Below are positions 60,658 through 64,000 of a DNA stretch of 64,000 bases, piece after piece. Each line of letters begins with the position of its first letter. Position 1 is the first letter of the stretch. The translations under genes and the position numbers were made by a program. The notes below the pieces were generated by a model. The model did not search any database, had not been told where the DNA came from, and worked only from the letters and a program-made list of their open reading frames with translations. The DNA is taken from positions 1 through 64,000 of the forward strand of contig CAVSLV010000002.1 of NCBI GenBank assembly GCA_963728915.1, given 5' to 3'. Source of the DNA: an uncultured Gemmatimonadales bacterium. Lineage in GTDB: Bacteria; Gemmatimonadota; Gemmatimonadetes; Gemmatimonadales; GWC2-71-9.

Positions 60658-61577
60658 AGGCGGCCGGCCCGGACGCACTCGTCGAGCGCCACCGGAATGG
60701 TCGCGGCGGTGGTGTTCCCATATCGCTGGATGTTGTTGTACACCTGATCGTCCCGCAGACCCAGCTCCTTCTGCACCGACTCGGAAATCCGCAGGTTGGC
60801 CTGGTGGGGAATCAGCAGCGCCAGGTCGGCGGGCGCCAGGCCGGTGCGGGTTAGGACGGCGCGGACCGACTCCGGCATCCGCACCACCGCGTGCCGGAAA
60901 ACCTCCCGACCGTCCATCCGGAGCCAGTACTTCCCTTCCGCCTCCTCCCTGGCCCACTGGTCGGGGGGGACCAGCGCTCCCGGTCCCTCGACCCAGAGCT
61001 TCTCGGCGTACTGTCCGTCGGTGTGAAGATCGAAGCCCAGGATGCCCCGTCCGGGCTCGTCGGTCGGGCCCAGCACGACCGCGCCCGCACCGTCGGCAAA
61101 GATCACCGCGGTATGGCGGCCCTCGGTCGAGAGATCCATCCGGGTGGACTGGATTTCCTGGCCCACCACGAGGACGCGCTGGAACATCCCGGTCCGGATG
61201 TAGGCATCGCCCAGGGACAGCGCGAAGACGAAGCCGGCGCATTGCATCCGGAGATCGATGGCCGGGATGGTGGTGGTGATCCCCAGCTCGCGCTGGAGGT
61301 ACACTCCGTTGCCCGGGGTGAATCGATCGGGCGTGCTGGTGGCGTAGATGATGGCATCGAGATCCCCCGGGGCAAGAGCCGCGGCGGCCAGCGCTTCGAG
61401 CGCGGCGCCCCGGCCCAGTCCGACTCCGGTTTCGCCCGGGGTGATCCAGTGTCGCTCCTGGATCCCGGTGCGGGTCCGGATCCATTCGTCGGAGGTATCC
61501 ATGAGCCGGGACAGCTCGTCATTGGTGACGACCCGGTCGGGGAGGGCCTTGCCGGTCCCGAGGATGATGGAGCGCAT
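60582..61577 (-). CDS. fabH: 3-oxoacyl-ACP synthase III family protein
   Basis: DTSDEWIRTRTGI, QCAGF, DGAGA, MDGREVF, PHQAN, YGNT (C-H-N triad). Confidence 0.92.
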   Translation of the reverse strand: MRSIILGTGKALPDRVVTNDELSRLMDTSDEWIRTRTGIQERHWITPGETGVGLGRGAALEALAAAALAPGDLDAIIYATSTPDRFTPGNGVYLQRELGITTTIPAIDLRMQCAGFVFALSLGDAYIRTGMFQRVLVVGQEIQSTRMDLSTEGRHTAVIFADGAGAVVLGPTDEPGRGILGFDLHTDGQYAEKLWVEGPGALVPPDQWAREEAEGKYWLRMDGREVFRHAVVRMPESVRAVLTRTGLAPADLALLIPHQANLRISESVQKELGLRDDQVYNNIQRYGNTTAATIPVALDECVRAGRLHPGDLVGFTAFGSGFVWGSCLLRW

Positions 61578-61588
61578 TTGAAGGTGCT

Positions 61589-61707
61589 GGGGGCTCGGGG
61601 TTAGGGGCTAGGGGGAAAGATGAGGGGCCAGGGAATCCATGCCTATAGGCAGCTCCCTGACCCCAAACCCCAGCCCCTAATACCTAGTACCCAGCACCTA
61701 CTCCCTA
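61589..61707. repeat. Inverted arrays of degenerate heptamer repeats around a 12-bp palindrome
   Basis: GGGGCTC-GGGGTTA-GGGGCTA-GGGGG ... TGCCTATAGGCA ... CCCTGAC-CCCAAAC-CCCAGCC-CCTAATA-CCTAGTA-CCCAGCA-CCTACTC. Confidence 0.75.
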
Positions 61708-62919
61708 TTCATACCTCAACGCATCAATCGTATTCAGGTTCGCTGCCCGCCAGGCGGGCCACAGCCCGAAGAAGAGACCTACCAGCGCGCTGAACGCGAA
61801 GGCGAGCCCCACCGATTCGGGCGCGATGTAGGTGTTCCACTTGGCAAAGTGAGACATCAGCATGGCCCCGCCGGTGCCGGCCATGACGCCCAGCATGCCG
61901 CCGAACAGACACAGCACCAGGGCTTCGATCAGGAACTGGAGCAGCACGTTGGTTTTCGTGGCGCCCAGCGCCTTGCGGATCCCGATTTCCCGGGTCCGTT
62001 CGGTGACCGAGACCAGCATGATATTCATGATCCCGATCCCGCCGACGATCAGCGAGACGAAGGCAATGCCGCCCAGAAGCAGCTTGAAGGTCTGGGTGGT
62101 TTCCTGCTGGGTCGCCAGAATGTCCTGTTGATTCCGGATTTGAAAGTCGTTGTCGCCACCGGGCCTGATCTTGTGCTCCCGGCGCAGCACCCGCTCGATG
62201 TCCACCATGCCCTGCTCGAGACTGAACTGGTCCTTGACCACCACGGCCACCGAGCGCAGCCGGTCGGTGCCGAACATCCGGTACTGCGCGGTCTTGAGGG
62301 GGATCAGGACCTGCTCGTCGAGGTTCATGAACGAGCCCTGGGAGCCTTTCTCGCTCAGGACTCCGATAACCTCGAACGGCTGCCCCCGGACCTGGATCAT
62401 CTGGTGGATCATTGCCGCGGGATTCACGTTGAACATGGTGGGGACCGCCGCGCCGAGCACCGCATAGCGCTGCCGCGAGGCATCGTCGCCCGCGGTGAAC
62501 ATCCGGCCGAACGGCACCGTGTAATTCCGCACGTCGGTGTAGTTCGCCGTGGTGCCGATGATATTGATGTTGAAGTTCCGGTTCCCGTACTTCACCTGGA
62601 GCGAGCGCTGGAGCTCCGGCTCGACCGCCGCCAGCATGGTCGCGTCGCTGGTGAGCGCTTCGGCGTCCTTGACCGTGAGGCTGACCCGCACGTCACTGGC
62701 CCGGCCCATCGAGAACGACTGACCCGGGTTGATGGTGAGCAGCCGGGCACCGAGCGCCTGGATCCGCTCCTCCACCGCGCGCTGGGCGCCGGTGCCGAGC
62801 GCGACGACCGCGATGACCGCGCCCACCCCGATGATGATGCCGAGCATGGTGAGAAGCGCGCGGAGCTTGTGTTCCCGGATGCTGGAGAACGCCACCCGGA
62901 CCGTTTCGCCGATCATCAT
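61705..62919 (-). CDS. MacB/FtsX-like ABC transporter permease
   Basis: LTMLGIIIGV, GGIGIMNIMLVSVTERTREIGIRKALGA, ALRYE. Confidence 0.95.
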   Translation of the reverse strand: MMIGETVRVAFSSIREHKLRALLTMLGIIIGVGAVIAVVALGTGAQRAVEERIQALGARLLTINPGQSFSMGRASDVRVSLTVKDAEALTSDATMLAAVEPELQRSLQVKYGNRNFNINIIGTTANYTDVRNYTVPFGRMFTAGDDASRQRYAVLGAAVPTMFNVNPAAMIHQMIQVRGQPFEVIGVLSEKGSQGSFMNLDEQVLIPLKTAQYRMFGTDRLRSVAVVVKDQFSLEQGMVDIERVLRREHKIRPGGDNDFQIRNQQDILATQQETTQTFKLLLGGIAFVSLIVGGIGIMNIMLVSVTERTREIGIRKALGATKTNVLLQFLIEALVLCLFGGMLGVMAGTGGAMLMSHFAKWNTYIAPESVGLAFAFSALVGLFFGLWPAWRAANLNTIDALRYE

Positions 62920-62932
62920 GGCGTGATCCTCC

Positions 62933-64000
62933 TCACGGCCTCCCGGCTCCGCCGCCGGTACCGCTGGTCGGGGGCCGCGCGGTGCCCGTGGTGGTGGCGC
63001 TGCCCTGTGACATGCCGGGCACCGCGCCGCCCCCGGTCATCCGCTGGAACCGCTCCTTGGCGTCCTGCTGCGACTGCACCAGGCTCGCACTCGGGAGGAC
63101 CAGCACGGAATCGCTCTCGGAGAGTCCGCTCACGATTTCGCTGTAGTCGAGATCGGTGAGCCCGCTCCGGACGTAGCGCGGGGTCGGCTCGCCTCCCTTC
63201 CCCGGCAGGAACACGATGTAATCGCCGCCGAACTGGAATTCGTTGCCCTGGCGCCGGCCACCGAATCCGCCACTCTGCCCACCGAACCCTCGACCTCCGC
63301 CGGCGCCGCCGTTTCCGCCTCCCATGGCGCCGGTCGCGCGGAGCTTGGTCATCACTTCCTGATCGGCAGAGGTGAGCTGTTCCTGGCTCCGGAACTTCGC
63401 AAACACCGCTTCGACCTGTTTGGCAGTCACTCCCTCGGGGAGCTGGATCTCACGCCCGTTCGGCATGGTGTAGACATTGCCCGCGGGCTTGGGCGCGGGC
63501 GCTGCCGCAGAATCCTTCTTCGCAGAGTCTCCGGTCGCGGCGGCCACCCGGCTCCGCACGGAATCCCGCACCTGCTGGGCCTGGGCCAGGAGGGTCTGAA
63601 GCCGGTCGGCGGGAATCCCGAGCACCTGCGCCGCGCTCGCCACGTCGCGGGTGGTCCGCAGCGCCGCGTTCGGCACTGCGAGCACATTCTCCCGCCGCCC
63701 GATGTGAATCTCCACGTCGGCGTTCATCCCCGGCTTGAGCAGTCCGTTCTGGTTCTGGATCCGGATCAGCACCGGGAACATGGTGACGTTCTGCGACGTC
63801 TCCGCCTGCGGCTCGACCTTGAGGACCTCACCCTGGAACGGCTGGTTGGGATAGGCGTTGACGGTCACGGTGGTGCGAAGCCCGGGGCTGATCTTCCCGA
63901 TATCGGTTTCGTCCACCAGGGTCCGGACCTGAACCAGATTGAGGTCGGCCATCTTGAGCAGCACGGTGCCGCCGCCGACGTCCGAGGTCGGCGAAGAGAT
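62933..64000 (-). CDS. MacA-like periplasmic adaptor subunit (5' end outside window)
   Basis: VDETDIG, AYPNQPFQG, LKPGMNA, VLAVPNAA, GLTD...EIVSGL. Confidence 0.9.
   Translation of the reverse strand: MSSPTSDVGGGTVLLKMADLNLVQVRTLVDETDIGKISPGLRTTVTVNAYPNQPFQGEVLKVEPQAETSQNVTMFPVLIRIQNQNGLLKPGMNADVEIHIGRRENVLAVPNAALRTTRDVASAAQVLGIPADRLQTLLAQAQQVRDSVRSRVAAATGDSAKKDSAAAPAPKPAGNVYTMPNGREIQLPEGVTAKQVEAVFAKFRSQEQLTSADQEVMTKLRATGAMGGGNGGAGGGRGFGGQSGGFGGRRQGNEFQFGGDYIVFLPGKGGEPTPRYVRSGLTDLDYSEIVSGLSESDSVLVLPSASLVQSQQDAKERFQRMTGGGAVPGMSQGSATTTGTARPPTSGTGGGAGRP

Noticed and set aside
60582..61577. fabH as part of the ether-lipid operon
   Set aside because: It is on the opposite strand and separated by four unrelated genes, so the only link is proximity.

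Overview
High-GC bacterial chromosomal window. The lineage is probably Gemmatimonadota, inferred from the kinase-TM-TolB_N-TPR Hanks kinases and overall gene style. It holds about 47 CDS, including gyrA, leuS, selO, NAD-salvage genes, an ECF sigma module and a MacAB-like exporter. I found no rRNA, tRNA, CRISPR array or intact transposase. The main finding is a translationally coupled operon (51978-58112) that looks like the eukaryote-type ether-lipid entry pathway. It encodes an AGPS-like alkyl-DHAP synthase, a fatty acyl-CoA reductase::DHAP-acyltransferase fusion (FARAT architecture), an SDR reductase and an outer-membrane barrel. Other points of interest: (1) an 11-kb signalling array of three paralogous GAF/PAS hybrid kinases feeding a HisKA-REC-Ser/Thr kinase fusion, with a ~656-bp near-identical internal repeat; (2) a ceruloplasmin-like two-domain multicopper lipoprotein; (3) a GGGGTCAG REP-like palindrome family; (4) a frameshifted class V aminotransferase; (5) repeated signs of leaderless transcripts. 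All calls come from reading motifs by eye; no database searches were run.
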